Source: Fidelibacterota bacterium (GTDB lineage Bacteria; Fidelibacterota; Marinisomatia; SCGC-AAA003-L08; D37C17). From it: DNA of 40,177 bases. Shown here one piece after another: positions 9,121-18,455 of the stretch. The notes beneath the pieces were generated by a model. That model was not told the origin of the DNA. It saw only the letters and a program-made list of their open reading frames with translations, and did not search any database. A program made the translations under genes and the position numbers. The stretch is from the NCBI GenBank assembly GCA_002704685.1, contig PAHD01000013.1, positions 39,988 through 80,164 of the forward strand, written 5' to 3'. The stretch's first letter is position 1. Every line of letters begins with the position of its first letter.

Positions 9121-9999
9121 TTGGATTTAATAAAAAATATATTAATTAAATTAGGACAAATTGATAGAAGATTTATTTTTCTTTTAATTGGATTATCAGT
9201 TCTAGTACCTCTTTTAAAACCAGGATGGGTAAATATTCCTATTAAAATAACTTCTAATTCTAAAATAGTTTTTGATGAATTAAATAATTTAAAAGCTGGG
9301 GATAAAGTTTTGGTTTCATTTGAGTATGGAGCAAGCACAAAACCTGAAATTCATCCAATGTCAGTAGCTGTTTTACAGCATCTTTTTGCTAATGAGGTCA
9401 AAGTATATACTGTCCCGCTTTGGCCAGAAGGATTAATGATGGCTAAATTTGCTTTAGAAGAAGTTTTATCTTCAAATTTATTCCAGGTGGAAGAGCATAT
9501 TGATTATGTGAGTTTACCATACAAAGCAGGTGGTGAAATAATTATAAGAGGTATCGCTACAGATATGAGATCAATTTTTACTCAAGATGTTAATAACATA
9601 TTATTAAAAGATATACCAATGATGAATAATGTTAATAATATTACAGATTTTGATTTTGTTTTTGATTTGTCAGCTGGTGTTCCTGGTAATGCTGAATGGG
9701 TTCAGTTTGCATGTGACGAATACAATATACCTTTGTCTTCCGGATGTACCTCCATAATGGTAACAGATGCTATACCTTATGTTGAATCAGGGCAGATAAG
9801 AGGAATTTTAGCAGGAATGCCTGGAGCTGCAGAGTATGAACAGATGGTTTTTAAATATTTAAATGAGAGTAAAAATATTCCAGTTAATCCTGGAAAAGCA
9901 ACATCAAGAATGTCTGCTCAATCAATTGCTCATTTATTAATGGTAATTTTTATACTATTTGGAAATATATCATATTACTTAATAAGGAGAAAAAAATAA
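9121..9999 (+). CDS. Membrane-anchored protein (N- and C-terminal TM, soluble core of about 230 aa), unknown function
   Basis: TTG start directly follows the previous stop, and there is no in-frame ATG before the first TM (FIFLLIGLSVLVPLL). The core contains LVSFEYGASTKPEIHPM and FDLSAGVPGNAEWVQFACDEY. The C-terminal TM is IAHLLMVIFILFGNISYYLI. The layout matches the 7454..8320 product. Confidence 0.65.
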   Translation: MDLIKNILIKLGQIDRRFIFLLIGLSVLVPLLKPGWVNIPIKITSNSKIVFDELNNLKAGDKVLVSFEYGASTKPEIHPMSVAVLQHLFANEVKVYTVPLWPEGLMMAKFALEEVLSSNLFQVEEHIDYVSLPYKAGGEIIIRGIATDMRSIFTQDVNNILLKDIPMMNNVNNITDFDFVFDLSAGVPGNAEWVQFACDEYNIPLSSGCTSIMVTDAIPYVESGQIRGILAGMPGAAEYEQMVFKYLNESKNIPVNPGKATSRMSAQSIAHLLMVIFILFGNISYYLIRRKK

Positions 10000-10721
10000 T
10001 GTTAGAATTATTTGGTGTATGGTGTATAGTATTATTAACTCTTAGTATTTTTAGTTATCTGTATGGTGATAATCCTTTTTATAAAGCAGCTGAACATATT
10101 TTTGTTGGAGTATCAGCTGGTTATATTTTTACAATTACGTTTTGGGATACAATATGGCCGAATTTATTCGGAAGATTAATACCATCATATGTGCAAGCAG
10201 GTTTTGAATTTGATATATCTTATCTTTTCCCTCTATTTTTAGGTATCTTTATGTTATTTAGATTATCAAAAAAATATGATTGGCTATCACGAATATCAAT
10301 TGCATATATTGTAGGTATGATGGCTGGTTTGAAATTTTATGTATTTTTAAATTCAAATTTACTTAATCAAATAAAATCATCCACGGTTAATATATCTGGA
10401 TCATATTTTAGTATAATTAATGAAGTAATTATTTTAATAGGAGTAATAAGTGGATTGGTTTATTTCTTTTTTTCAAAAGAGCATACAGGAATTATTGGTA
10501 AAGTTAGTAGAGTTGGAGTTTATTTTTTGATGATTAAATTTGGTGCTTCATTTGGTTTTGCAGTCATGGGTAGAATTTCATTATTGATTGGTAGGTTTGA
10601 AGAACTTATAGATTATAGTAATGTCGAATATTTTTATGCTACACCAATTATTTTAATTTTCATGATAATAGTTTTAACTTATTGGTCATTTACAAATAAA
10701 GATTTAAAAGAAAATAATTAA
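9999..10721 (+). CDS. Polytopic integral membrane protein (about 6 TM), unknown function
   Basis: TAATG overlap with the previous gene. Hydrophobic helices run throughout the 240 aa. Confidence 0.7.
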   Translation: MLELFGVWCIVLLTLSIFSYLYGDNPFYKAAEHIFVGVSAGYIFTITFWDTIWPNLFGRLIPSYVQAGFEFDISYLFPLFLGIFMLFRLSKKYDWLSRISIAYIVGMMAGLKFYVFLNSNLLNQIKSSTVNISGSYFSIINEVIILIGVISGLVYFFFSKEHTGIIGKVSRVGVYFLMIKFGASFGFAVMGRISLLIGRFEELIDYSNVEYFYATPIILIFMIIVLTYWSFTNKDLKENN

Positions 10722-10730
10722 GGGCAGAAA

Positions 10731-12251
10731 ATGGATGATATATTAAAAAAGCTTTCAATAAAAGAAAAAAACTATGGTTCATGCGTTGGAGGAGAAAATT
10801 GGATGTCAACTTCAACTGAAGGAGTTATCGAATCTGTTAATCCTTCAAATGGTAAAGTTATAGCGCGTGTTTTGAAATGTTCTGAGGCAGATTATGATAA
10901 AGTTTTATCTGAATCTAATAAAGCGTTCAATAAATGGAGAAAAGTTCCAGCTCCTGTAAGAGGTCAATTGATTTTTGAAATGGGTAATGAACTACGTAGA
11001 AATAAAGATGCATTGGGTAGTTTAGTATCTTTAGAAATGGGTAAAATAAAAGCTGAAGGTGATGGAGAGGTTCAAGAAATGATTGATATAGCAGACTTTG
11101 CTGTTGGTTTATCTAGACAGCTTTATGGTCTTACTATGCATTCAGAACGTCCTGATCATCGTATGTATGAGCAATGGCACCCTTTGGGTAATGTTGGTAT
11201 TATTTCTGCATTTAATTTCCCTGTTGCTGTTTGGGCATGGAATTCATTTATTGCTGCTGTATGTGGTAATATATCAATATGGAAACCTTCTTCAAAAACT
11301 CCATTGACTGCTATAGCTGTCCAAAATATTTGTAATAAGGTTTTAGAAAGAAATGGATATAAAGGAATTTTTAATGTAATTATTGGAAGTGGTGCAACTA
11401 TTGGAAATAAACTAGTAAATGATAAGAAAGTTCCATTAATATCAGCTACGGGTTCAACTAGGATGGGAATTGATATTGCAAAAAAAGTTGCAGGTAGATT
11501 AGGAAAAACAATTTTAGAGCTTGGTGGAAATAATGCAATAATAGTAGATGAAACTGCTTCAATGGATCTAGTTGTTCCAGCTATTGTATTTGGTGCAGTT
11601 GGAACTGCTGGTCAAAGATGTACTTCTACTAGACGAATTATTGTTCACAAATCATTAATTGATAGCCTATCAACTAAGTTAGTTAATGCTTATAATCAGG
11701 TAAAAATTGGAAATCCATTAGACGATAATACTCTTATGGGTCCTCTAATTGATCAAGCTGCTACTAACGATTATTTAAATGCAATAAAATTAGCAATTGA
11801 TGAAGGTGGAGAGTTGTTGTGTGGTGGTAATGTTTTAGATAAAGATGGTTTTTATGTTGAGCCTACAATAATTAAGGTGAAAAGTGATTTTAAAATTATA
11901 AAGGAAGAAACTTTTGCTCCTATTTTATATATAATGGAATATGATAGTTTAAATGAAGCTATTGAAATTCACAATAATGTTCCTCAGGGATTATCATCAG
12001 CAATCTTTACAAATAGTATAAAAAATTCTGAGAGATTTTTATCAGCAAGAGGAAGTGATTGTGGAATTGCTAATGTAAATATAGGAACTTCTGGTGCAGA
12101 AATAGGAGGCGCTTTTGGAGGAGAGAAAGAAACTGGAGGCGGTAGAGAGTCAGGTTCAGATGCATGGAAAGCATATATGAGAAGACAAACAAATACTATC
12201 AATTGGAGTAGTGATTTACCACTCGCACAAGGTATTAAATTTGAATTATAA
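10731..12251 (+). CDS. ALDH7-type aldehyde dehydrogenase (2-aminoadipate-6-semialdehyde / piperideine-6-carboxylate dehydrogenase)
   Basis: ALDH motifs LELGGNNA (catalytic Glu) and [12 protein letters not shown] (catalytic Cys). The C-terminal block [39 protein letters not shown] is characteristic of antiquitin-like ALDH7 enzymes. It starts 9 nt after the previous gene, and lat lies two genes downstream. Confidence 0.85.
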   Translation: MDDILKKLSIKEKNYGSCVGGENWMSTSTEGVIESVNPSNGKVIARVLKCSEADYDKVLSESNKAFNKWRKVPAPVRGQLIFEMGNELRRNKDALGSLVSLEMGKIKAEGDGEVQEMIDIADFAVGLSRQLYGLTMHSERPDHRMYEQWHPLGNVGIISAFNFPVAVWAWNSFIAAVCGNISIWKPSSKTPLTAIAVQNICNKVLERNGYKGIFNVIIGSGATIGNKLVNDKKVPLISATGSTRMGIDIAKKVAGRLGKTILELGGNNAIIVDETASMDLVVPAIVFGAVGTAGQRCTSTRRIIVHKSLIDSLSTKLVNAYNQVKIGNPLDDNTLMGPLIDQAATNDYLNAIKLAIDEGGELLCGGNVLDKDGFYVEPTIIKVKSDFKIIKEETFAPILYIMEYDSLNEAIEIHNNVPQGLSSAIFTNSIKNSERFLSARGSDCGIANVNIGTSGAEIGGAFGGEKETGGGRESGSDAWKAYMRRQTNTINWSSDLPLAQGIKFEL

Positions 12252-12266
12252 AATAAGGAGAAAAGT

Positions 12267-12818
12267 ATGAAAAAATATTTTTTACTAGTTTTATTATTAT
12301 CTTTGTGTTTTACACAAAGAGGGGAAAGATGGAAGAATAGATTTAAAAATGATTTTAACAAAGGCAATAGAAATAAGCTAGAATTACAACAAATTAGTGA
12401 TGAGGCAAAAATGCTATTTTACCAAATAGAAAAAATAAGCCCAGAAAAAGCAGCTTTGTATCAGTTTGCTTTACCTGTACCTTTTGTAAATCTTGGATTC
12501 GCATATTCAGATAGCTGGAACAAGGGTTTAAAATGGGATATTTTACTTCTTGCATGTTTAGTAAAAGGGAATGATATTGATTGGGGAGAGAAAACAGCTG
12601 GCAGTCCAGTAAATCCAGATAAAGATTTGGGGCAAAATCTGAAAAGCGTTGTAGTGGGGATTGCTTTTTTAAAGATGTTTGATGCATATCAGTCAGCTGA
12701 GAAATATAACAATCAACTTTTTAAACGAGTTTTTAAAAGGAAAAGGCCAAACTTTTCAATGAATCATTCAAAAAAAGATAATCTTACCCAATTAACAATG
12801 TCTTATCCGTTAAATTAA
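12267..12818 (+). CDS. Secreted or lipoprotein-like protein, unknown function
   Basis: N-terminal signal peptide MKKYFLLVLLLSLCFTQ with a lipobox-like LSLC. SD aaggag lies upstream. No family was recognised. Confidence 0.55.
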   Translation: MKKYFLLVLLLSLCFTQRGERWKNRFKNDFNKGNRNKLELQQISDEAKMLFYQIEKISPEKAALYQFALPVPFVNLGFAYSDSWNKGLKWDILLLACLVKGNDIDWGEKTAGSPVNPDKDLGQNLKSVVVGIAFLKMFDAYQSAEKYNNQLFKRVFKRKRPNFSMNHSKKDNLTQLTMSYPLN

Positions 12819-12845
12819 ATATATTAACTTATTAGAAAGAAAAAT

Positions 12846-14198
12846 ATGAGTGTAAATCCAAAAAAAGTAAGAGAGATTTTAGATAAAAATATTTTAGCAG
12901 ATGGTTTTGAGCCAATAATCGATTTAGAAAAAAGTCATGGTTCGTGGATTGTTGATCAGAGAAATGGAAATGAGTTATTAGATATGTTTTCGATGTATGC
13001 TTCTGGCTCTGTTGGATATAATCATCCTAAAATAGTTGCCTCAAAAGATAAATTAGGCTCAATAGCTGTAAATAAAACTACTCTTTCAGATATTTATAAT
13101 GTTTATTATGCTGAATTTATGCAAACTTTTAGCAAACATGCTGTTCCTTCATATTTAAATAATGTTTTTTTTATCGATGGAGGTTCACTTGCTGTTGAGA
13201 ATGCTTTGAAAGTTGCTTTTGATTGGAAAATTCGAAAGAATTTATCAAAAGGAATTAAGAATAAAGGAAGTAAAATTTTATATTTCAAAGATGCTTTTCA
13301 CGGAAGAAGCGGTTATACATTATCTTTAACTAATACTGATCCTGTAAAGACTAAGTATTTTCCAAAATTTGATTGGATTAAAATTGATAATCCCTTTATG
13401 ACTTTTCCTGAAACTGAAGAGCTGATGGATAAAGTTTTGGAAAAAGAAAAAATAGCAATTTCTCAAATTAAAAAGGCATTAAAAGAAAATATTGATGATA
13501 TTGCTGCACTAATTATTGAACCAATACAAGGAGAAGGAGGAGATAATCATTTTAGATGTCAGTTTTTTCAGATGTTGAGAGATTTAGCAGATGAAAATGA
13601 GTTTCTTCTTATTTATGATGAAGTTCAAACAGGAATAGGTATAACAGGTAAGATGTGGGCACATGAAAATTTTACTCCAAAGTTATGTCAATGTAATCCA
13701 CCAATTATTAAAGCACCTGTTCCTGACATTATTTCATTTGGTAAAAAAACCCAGGTATGTGGAATATTAGTCGGAGATAGGATAAATGATGTAGAAAATA
13801 ATGTATTTAAAAAGTCTAGTAGAATAAATTCAACTTTTGGTGGAAATTTAGTTGATATGTACAGATTCAAGTTAATTTTAGAAATTATTAATGAAGAATC
13901 TTTACTAGAAAATGCAAATAAAATGGGTGAGTATCTATTAAAGCTAATTAATGATTTATCAGTTGATTTTCCTGGTTATGTAACAAATCCTAGGGGTTCT
14001 GGTTTATTTTGTTCTTTTGATATGCCTTCATCTTTAGAGAGAGATAAATTGGTAAGTTTATTAATAAATAAGCGTGTAATGATCCTTGGATCAGGAACAA
14101 AAAGTATTAGGTTTAGACCACATTTAAATGTTTTAAAAAGTGATATTGATTTTTGTATTAATGCAATCAATTCATGTTTAAAACAAATGTTAAACTAG
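12846..14198 (+). CDS. lat: L-lysine 6-(epsilon)-aminotransferase, class III PLP aminotransferase
   Basis: N-terminal LADGFEPIIDLEKSHGSWIVDQRNGNELLDMFSMYASGSVGYNHPK and the PLP-Lys region DIISFGKKTQVCG match the LAT subfamily pattern, along with IEPIQGEGG and YDEVQTG. Confidence 0.85.
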   Translation: MSVNPKKVREILDKNILADGFEPIIDLEKSHGSWIVDQRNGNELLDMFSMYASGSVGYNHPKIVASKDKLGSIAVNKTTLSDIYNVYYAEFMQTFSKHAVPSYLNNVFFIDGGSLAVENALKVAFDWKIRKNLSKGIKNKGSKILYFKDAFHGRSGYTLSLTNTDPVKTKYFPKFDWIKIDNPFMTFPETEELMDKVLEKEKIAISQIKKALKENIDDIAALIIEPIQGEGGDNHFRCQFFQMLRDLADENEFLLIYDEVQTGIGITGKMWAHENFTPKLCQCNPPIIKAPVPDIISFGKKTQVCGILVGDRINDVENNVFKKSSRINSTFGGNLVDMYRFKLILEIINEESLLENANKMGEYLLKLINDLSVDFPGYVTNPRGSGLFCSFDMPSSLERDKLVSLLINKRVMILGSGTKSIRFRPHLNVLKSDIDFCINAINSCLKQMLN

Positions 14199-14893
14199 TT
14201 TTGTTGGGAAAACTATATACTATTTCTACTCCAATAGGTAATTTATCTGATATAACATTCAGAGCTATAGAAGTTTTGGGTAAATTAGATTATATTATTT
14301 GTGAAGATACTAGAGTGACAAAAAAAATATTGACTCATTATAAAATTAGAAATCATGTCAAGTTATTACCATATAATGTGTTTAATGATAACAAATTAAC
14401 AGATAAATATGTTAAGTATTTAATTGATGGAAAAAATATGGGATTTGTTTCTGATGCAGGAACACCATGTATAAGTGATCCAGGTTATAAAATAGTTAAT
14501 AAATGTAGACAGTTGAATATCGAAGTATTAACTATACCAGGACCTAGTTCTTTAACATCTGCTTTATCGATTAGTGGTTTACCAAGTGATAGTTTTTATT
14601 TTGAAGGTTTTCTACCAAAAAAAAAAGGAAGACAGACAAAATTTAAATTTTTAAGTTCACTGCCATCAACAATTGTTATTTTTGAATCGCCATATAGAAT
14701 ACTTAAAACAATAAATGATATTTTATTATTTATGGGAAATAGGCAGATTTGTATTTGTAAAGAATTAACTAAAGTTTATGAAAAAGTAATTTTTGGTACT
14801 GTTGAGGATGTTAAGAAAAATTTGAGTAAACAAGGTAAATTAAAAGGAGAATATGTTATTATTATAGCTAAGGAGGGATATAAATTAAAATGA
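14174..14893 (+). CDS. rsmI: 16S rRNA (cytidine1402-2'-O)-methyltransferase
   Basis: GKLYTISTPIGNLSDITFRAIEVL, ICEDTR and SDAGTPCISDPG (tetrapyrrole-methylase fold, RsmI pattern). The start is uncertain: ATG 14174 overlaps lat by 25 nt, while TTG 14201 or 14204 lies just after the lat stop. Confidence 0.85.
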   Translation: MFKTNVKLVLLGKLYTISTPIGNLSDITFRAIEVLGKLDYIICEDTRVTKKILTHYKIRNHVKLLPYNVFNDNKLTDKYVKYLIDGKNMGFVSDAGTPCISDPGYKIVNKCRQLNIEVLTIPGPSSLTSALSISGLPSDSFYFEGFLPKKKGRQTKFKFLSSLPSTIVIFESPYRILKTINDILLFMGNRQICICKELTKVYEKVIFGTVEDVKKNLSKQGKLKGEYVIIIAKEGYKLK

Positions 14894-15501
14894 GTTTTTT
14901 AATTTCATTTGAAGGTATTGATGGTTGTGGTAAGTCTACTCAAATTAATCTTTTAAAAAATGAATTGGAAAATAGAGATATTAGCAATTGTATTTTAAGA
15001 GAACCTGGAGATACAAGTATCTCTGATAAAATTAGAGAAATCTTACTTAATAATGAAAATAATATTTGTTCCGAGTCAGAAACGTTACTTTTTCTAGCTG
15101 CCAGAGCTCAATTAGTAAGAGAAAAAATTTTACCTGAGCTAGAAAAAGGTAGTCTGGTCATTTGTGATAGATATTATGATAGTACTTTAGCTTATCAGGG
15201 TTATGGAAGAAATCTTGATAGAGATTTAATAAATAGTCTTAATCAATTTGCTGTAAATAAAATGATTCCACTAATAACATTTATTTTAAAACTTGATCCT
15301 GAAATTGCATATAGAAGAATATCTAAAAATGAAGTTGATAGAATGGAGTCAGGAGGATTAAAATTTTTACAGAAAGTTCAAAAAGGATATAGTTTTATTG
15401 CAAAATCTTTTCCTAATAGATGCTATGTTATTAATTGTAAAAATAAAGATAAACTTACTATCCATAGTGAAATTATGGAGACTGTAAATAAATATATATA
15501 A
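14890..15501 (+). CDS. tmk: Thymidylate kinase
   Basis: P-loop FEGIDGCGKSTQ and DRYYDSTLAYQG. ATGA overlap with rsmI. Confidence 0.9.
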   Translation: MSFLISFEGIDGCGKSTQINLLKNELENRDISNCILREPGDTSISDKIREILLNNENNICSESETLLFLAARAQLVREKILPELEKGSLVICDRYYDSTLAYQGYGRNLDRDLINSLNQFAVNKMIPLITFILKLDPEIAYRRISKNEVDRMESGGLKFLQKVQKGYSFIAKSFPNRCYVINCKNKDKLTIHSEIMETVNKYI

Positions 15502-15512
15502 AGAGAGATATT

Positions 15513-17195
15513 ATGAATAAAAAAATAATTAGTCTGCTTATTGTATTATCGTTTGTATTAGGTAATGACAAAAAGAAAGTAGAGTTTAATAATAACGAAG
15601 ATTACAAAGAGTATATTGATTTATTTGAAAGCTCGTTTAATAAATTAAAAATTAATTTTGTTGATTCAGTTAATGAATCTGAAATGATAAAAGCTGGAAT
15701 AAAAGGTATGTTGAAAAACTTGGATCCTTACACAAAGTTGTTGGAAGACAATAGCCTCGAAAGCTTTGAAATTTTAAGAAAAGGAAAATATGGTGGAGTC
15801 GGAATACAGATTGGGTTAAGGAGGGATACTCTAACTGTATTATCTCCTATGGAAGATAGTCCTGCTTATTCTGAAGGTATAATAGCTGGTGATAAAATTA
15901 TGAAGATAGATAGTACTTTCACAAAAGGTATGACAGTATCAGATGCATCAAAATTAATCAAAGGTGAGGTAGGCTCAACAGTTATTCTTAATATTTTAAG
16001 ACCATCTACAAAAGAAAAAATAGATTTTGAATTAGAAAGAAGTAGTATTGTTGTAAAGCATGTCCCTTATTGGGGTGTTAATCAAAATAATATTGGTTAT
16101 ATACGCATAACTAGATTTTCTAGAAACGCATCTAAAGATTTTAAAAAAGGTCTTGAAGAATTACAAGCTAAAAATATTAAAGGCTTAGTTATTGATTTAA
16201 GAGGGAATTCTGGAGGTTTGCTAAGTAATGCTATTAATATTTTAGATTATTTATGTGAAAGAGGTGAAGTATTATTAACATCTAAGGGTAAAACAAATAG
16301 ATCTAACAAAGAATGGAAGTCAAGAAGAAAACCAATACTTGATATTGATACACCAATAGTTGTTTTAGTAAATAGAGGTTCTGCATCAGCTAGTGAAATT
16401 GTTGCTGGAGCAATACAAGACCTTGATAGAGGCGTTGTAGTTGGGCAAAATACATTTGGGAAGGGGTTAGTTCAACATATGTATGATTTAAATGATACTA
16501 TTACTTTAAAGATAACTACTTCAAAATATTATCTACCTTCTGGAAGATTAATCCAGAAGCAAGACTATTTGGATAATGGATTTTTGACAGATGGTCTTGA
16601 TAAAGTTGATAGTTTGTTTACTACTAAAGGAGGTAGGCAAGTCAAAGGTGGAAATGGAATTGTGCCAGATATTAAAACAAAAAGAAATATTTTGTCCCCT
16701 TATGTTCAAGAGTTATGGAGGCAAGGAGTTTTCTTAAGTTTTGCTGCTTCTTATGTTCCATTTAATAAAGATTTAAAAACTCCCGTAGTTGTTGATACCA
16801 AAATAATAAAGGCTTTTAAATTATTTATAAATGACTATACTTTAGAATATAAATTAAAAGGTGAAGATGAATATTTGAAATTTTTAGATAAAGTAAACAT
16901 GTCCCCTATAACAATAAATAAATTTTCTAGAAATATTTATTTTAAAAATTCTTCTAGCAATCAACAAAATAATACAATTCCAGTAGAAAATTATTTTAAT
17001 GAAATTAAAAAAGTTCAATTTTCTCTTGAGGATAATCAGAGATGGATTAAGAATGGTCTTGAAAGAGAAATTTCAAAAGTTATTGGCGGTGAAAAAGAAA
17101 GAATTAAGGCAAGTTTAAATGAAGATTTAGATTATAGAAAAGCTATTGATCTTATTTTAAATTTAAAAGATTATTATTCTATTCTTGAGTTTTAA
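15513..17195 (+). CDS. C-terminal processing peptidase, family S41
   Basis: Signal peptide; PDZ region YGGVGIQIG...GDKIMKID; DLRGNSGGLL; nucleophile region NRGSASASEIVAGAIQD; TFGKGLVQ (catalytic Lys). Confidence 0.9.
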   Translation: MNKKIISLLIVLSFVLGNDKKKVEFNNNEDYKEYIDLFESSFNKLKINFVDSVNESEMIKAGIKGMLKNLDPYTKLLEDNSLESFEILRKGKYGGVGIQIGLRRDTLTVLSPMEDSPAYSEGIIAGDKIMKIDSTFTKGMTVSDASKLIKGEVGSTVILNILRPSTKEKIDFELERSSIVVKHVPYWGVNQNNIGYIRITRFSRNASKDFKKGLEELQAKNIKGLVIDLRGNSGGLLSNAINILDYLCERGEVLLTSKGKTNRSNKEWKSRRKPILDIDTPIVVLVNRGSASASEIVAGAIQDLDRGVVVGQNTFGKGLVQHMYDLNDTITLKITTSKYYLPSGRLIQKQDYLDNGFLTDGLDKVDSLFTTKGGRQVKGGNGIVPDIKTKRNILSPYVQELWRQGVFLSFAASYVPFNKDLKTPVVVDTKIIKAFKLFINDYTLEYKLKGEDEYLKFLDKVNMSPITINKFSRNIYFKNSSSNQQNNTIPVENYFNEIKKVQFSLEDNQRWIKNGLEREISKVIGGEKERIKASLNEDLDYRKAIDLILNLKDYYSILEF

Positions 17196-17260
17196 TAAAA
17201 AAATAGTGATTTTATATAGTTTAATCATTAAATTTGCTAGCTTTATTTATGTTATATATG

Positions 17261-17334
<74 letters not shown>

Positions 17335-17360
17335 CATAATTGAAAATTAAGGAGTAAAAA

Positions 17361-17885
17361 ATAGCTAAAAAAAATAATAGAAATAAATACAGAGTGAATA
17401 GTCAAATTGTTTGTAATGAAGTAAGACTTATTGATAATAATAATGAGCAAAGGGGCTTGTTGAATTTAGAAAAAGCACAAGAAATAGCTAATAATGTTGG
17501 TTTAGATTTAGTAGAAATATCACCTAATTCTAACCCTCCAGTATGTAAAATTCTTGATTACGGTAAATTTCTTTATGAAATTGAAAAGCAAGATAAGTTA
17601 AACAAGAAAAAACAACATGTTGTTCAAGTTAAAGAAATTAGAATTAGACCGAACACTGGTGATCATGATTTAGTGACCAAACTTAAAAGAGGTCAAAAAT
17701 TTTTAGAAAATGGTGATAAATTGAAAATTACTGTTATGTACAGAGGAAGAGAATTTTATAGTAGAAAAGAAGATGGTATTGAAACTTTAAATAAAGTAGT
17801 TGAAGTTTTGAAGGATATATCATTCATAGATAAACCTGTAGATTTACAAGGACGAAGAGTTTCAATAGTTCTAAGTCCTAAATAA
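17361..17885 (+). CDS. infC: Translation initiation factor IF-3, probably starting at a non-canonical ATA
   Basis: IF-3 N-domain NEVRLIDNNNEQRGLL and C-domain KEIRIRPNTGDHDLVTKLKRGQKFLENGDKLKITVMYRGRE. The frame is open from 17358. ATA at 17361 sits 6 nt after SD AAGGAG (17349-17354). The track's GTG at 17394 has no SD. Confidence 0.85.
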   Translation: MAKKNNRNKYRVNSQIVCNEVRLIDNNNEQRGLLNLEKAQEIANNVGLDLVEISPNSNPPVCKILDYGKFLYEIEKQDKLNKKKQHVVQVKEIRIRPNTGDHDLVTKLKRGQKFLENGDKLKITVMYRGREFYSRKEDGIETLNKVVEVLKDISFIDKPVDLQGRRVSIVLSPK

Positions 17886-17897
17886 AGGAGAAAAAAA

Positions 17898-18086
17898 ATG
17901 CCAAAAATGAAAACAAAAAAAAGTGCTGCAAAAAGGTTCAAAAAAACTGGTACAGGTAAATTGGTATACAACCAATGTGGTAATCGGCATTTATCAACAA
18001 AAAAAAGTAGTAAAAGAAAAAGACAACTAAGAAAAAGTAAAACATTAAGTTCTGCAATGACTAAAAGAACTAATAATATGCTTTAA
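17898..18086 (+). CDS. rpmI: 50S ribosomal protein L35
   Basis: [21 protein letters not shown]; 62 aa and highly basic; SD aaaggag upstream; canonical infC-rpmI-rplT order. Confidence 0.95.
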   Translation: MPKMKTKKSAAKRFKKTGTGKLVYNQCGNRHLSTKKSSKRKRQLRKSKTLSSAMTKRTNNML

Positions 18087-18105
18087 ACTATGAAAGGATA
18101 AAATT

Positions 18106-18453
18106 ATGCCAAGAGCTAATAGTAGTGTCCCAAGGCATAGAAGACACAGAAAAATAGTTAAACTAGCTAAGGGTTACAGGGGAGCTAGAAATTCAAACTT
18201 TAAGACTGCGAAAGATGCGGTTGAAAAAAGTTTATTATATGCATATAGAGATAGAAGGCAGAAAAAAAGAATGTTTAGAAAGCTTTGGATTATGAGAATA
18301 AATGCTGCAGTTAGAAATAGTGGTTTGACTTATTCGAGGTTTATTGCTCTTTTAAAAGATAAAAATATAGAATTAAATAGAAAATCATTAGCGCACATGG
18401 CAGTTAATGATCCTGATGGATTTTCAAGTATTATTGATTCAGTAACCAAATAA
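18106..18453 (+). CDS. rplT: 50S ribosomal protein L20
   Basis: MPRANSSVPRHRRHRKIVKLAKGYRGAR...YAYRDRRQKKRMFRKLWIMRINAA. Confidence 0.95.
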   Translation: MPRANSSVPRHRRHRKIVKLAKGYRGARNSNFKTAKDAVEKSLLYAYRDRRQKKRMFRKLWIMRINAAVRNSGLTYSRFIALLKDKNIELNRKSLAHMAVNDPDGFSSIIDSVTK

Positions 18454-18455
18454 TT

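Noticed and set aside
9117-9338. Antisense or out-of-frame track ORFs lying inside longer genes: 9117..9338(-), 11098..11307(+), 11984..12367(-), 12394..12687(-), 13106..13288(-), 13688..13870(-), 13976..14170(-), 17756..17971(-), 25541..25753(-), 25725..25910(-), 26866..27090(-), 35531..35830(+), 39335..39535(+)
   Set aside because: Each lies entirely or mostly within a longer ORF on the other strand or frame that carries clear family motifs (ALDH7, LAT, IF-3/L35, hisC, flavin reductase, AACS, octahaem cytochrome, cupredoxin-like protein). Their translations are low-complexity with no motifs or SD. They are shadow ORFs, as expected in biased-composition DNA.
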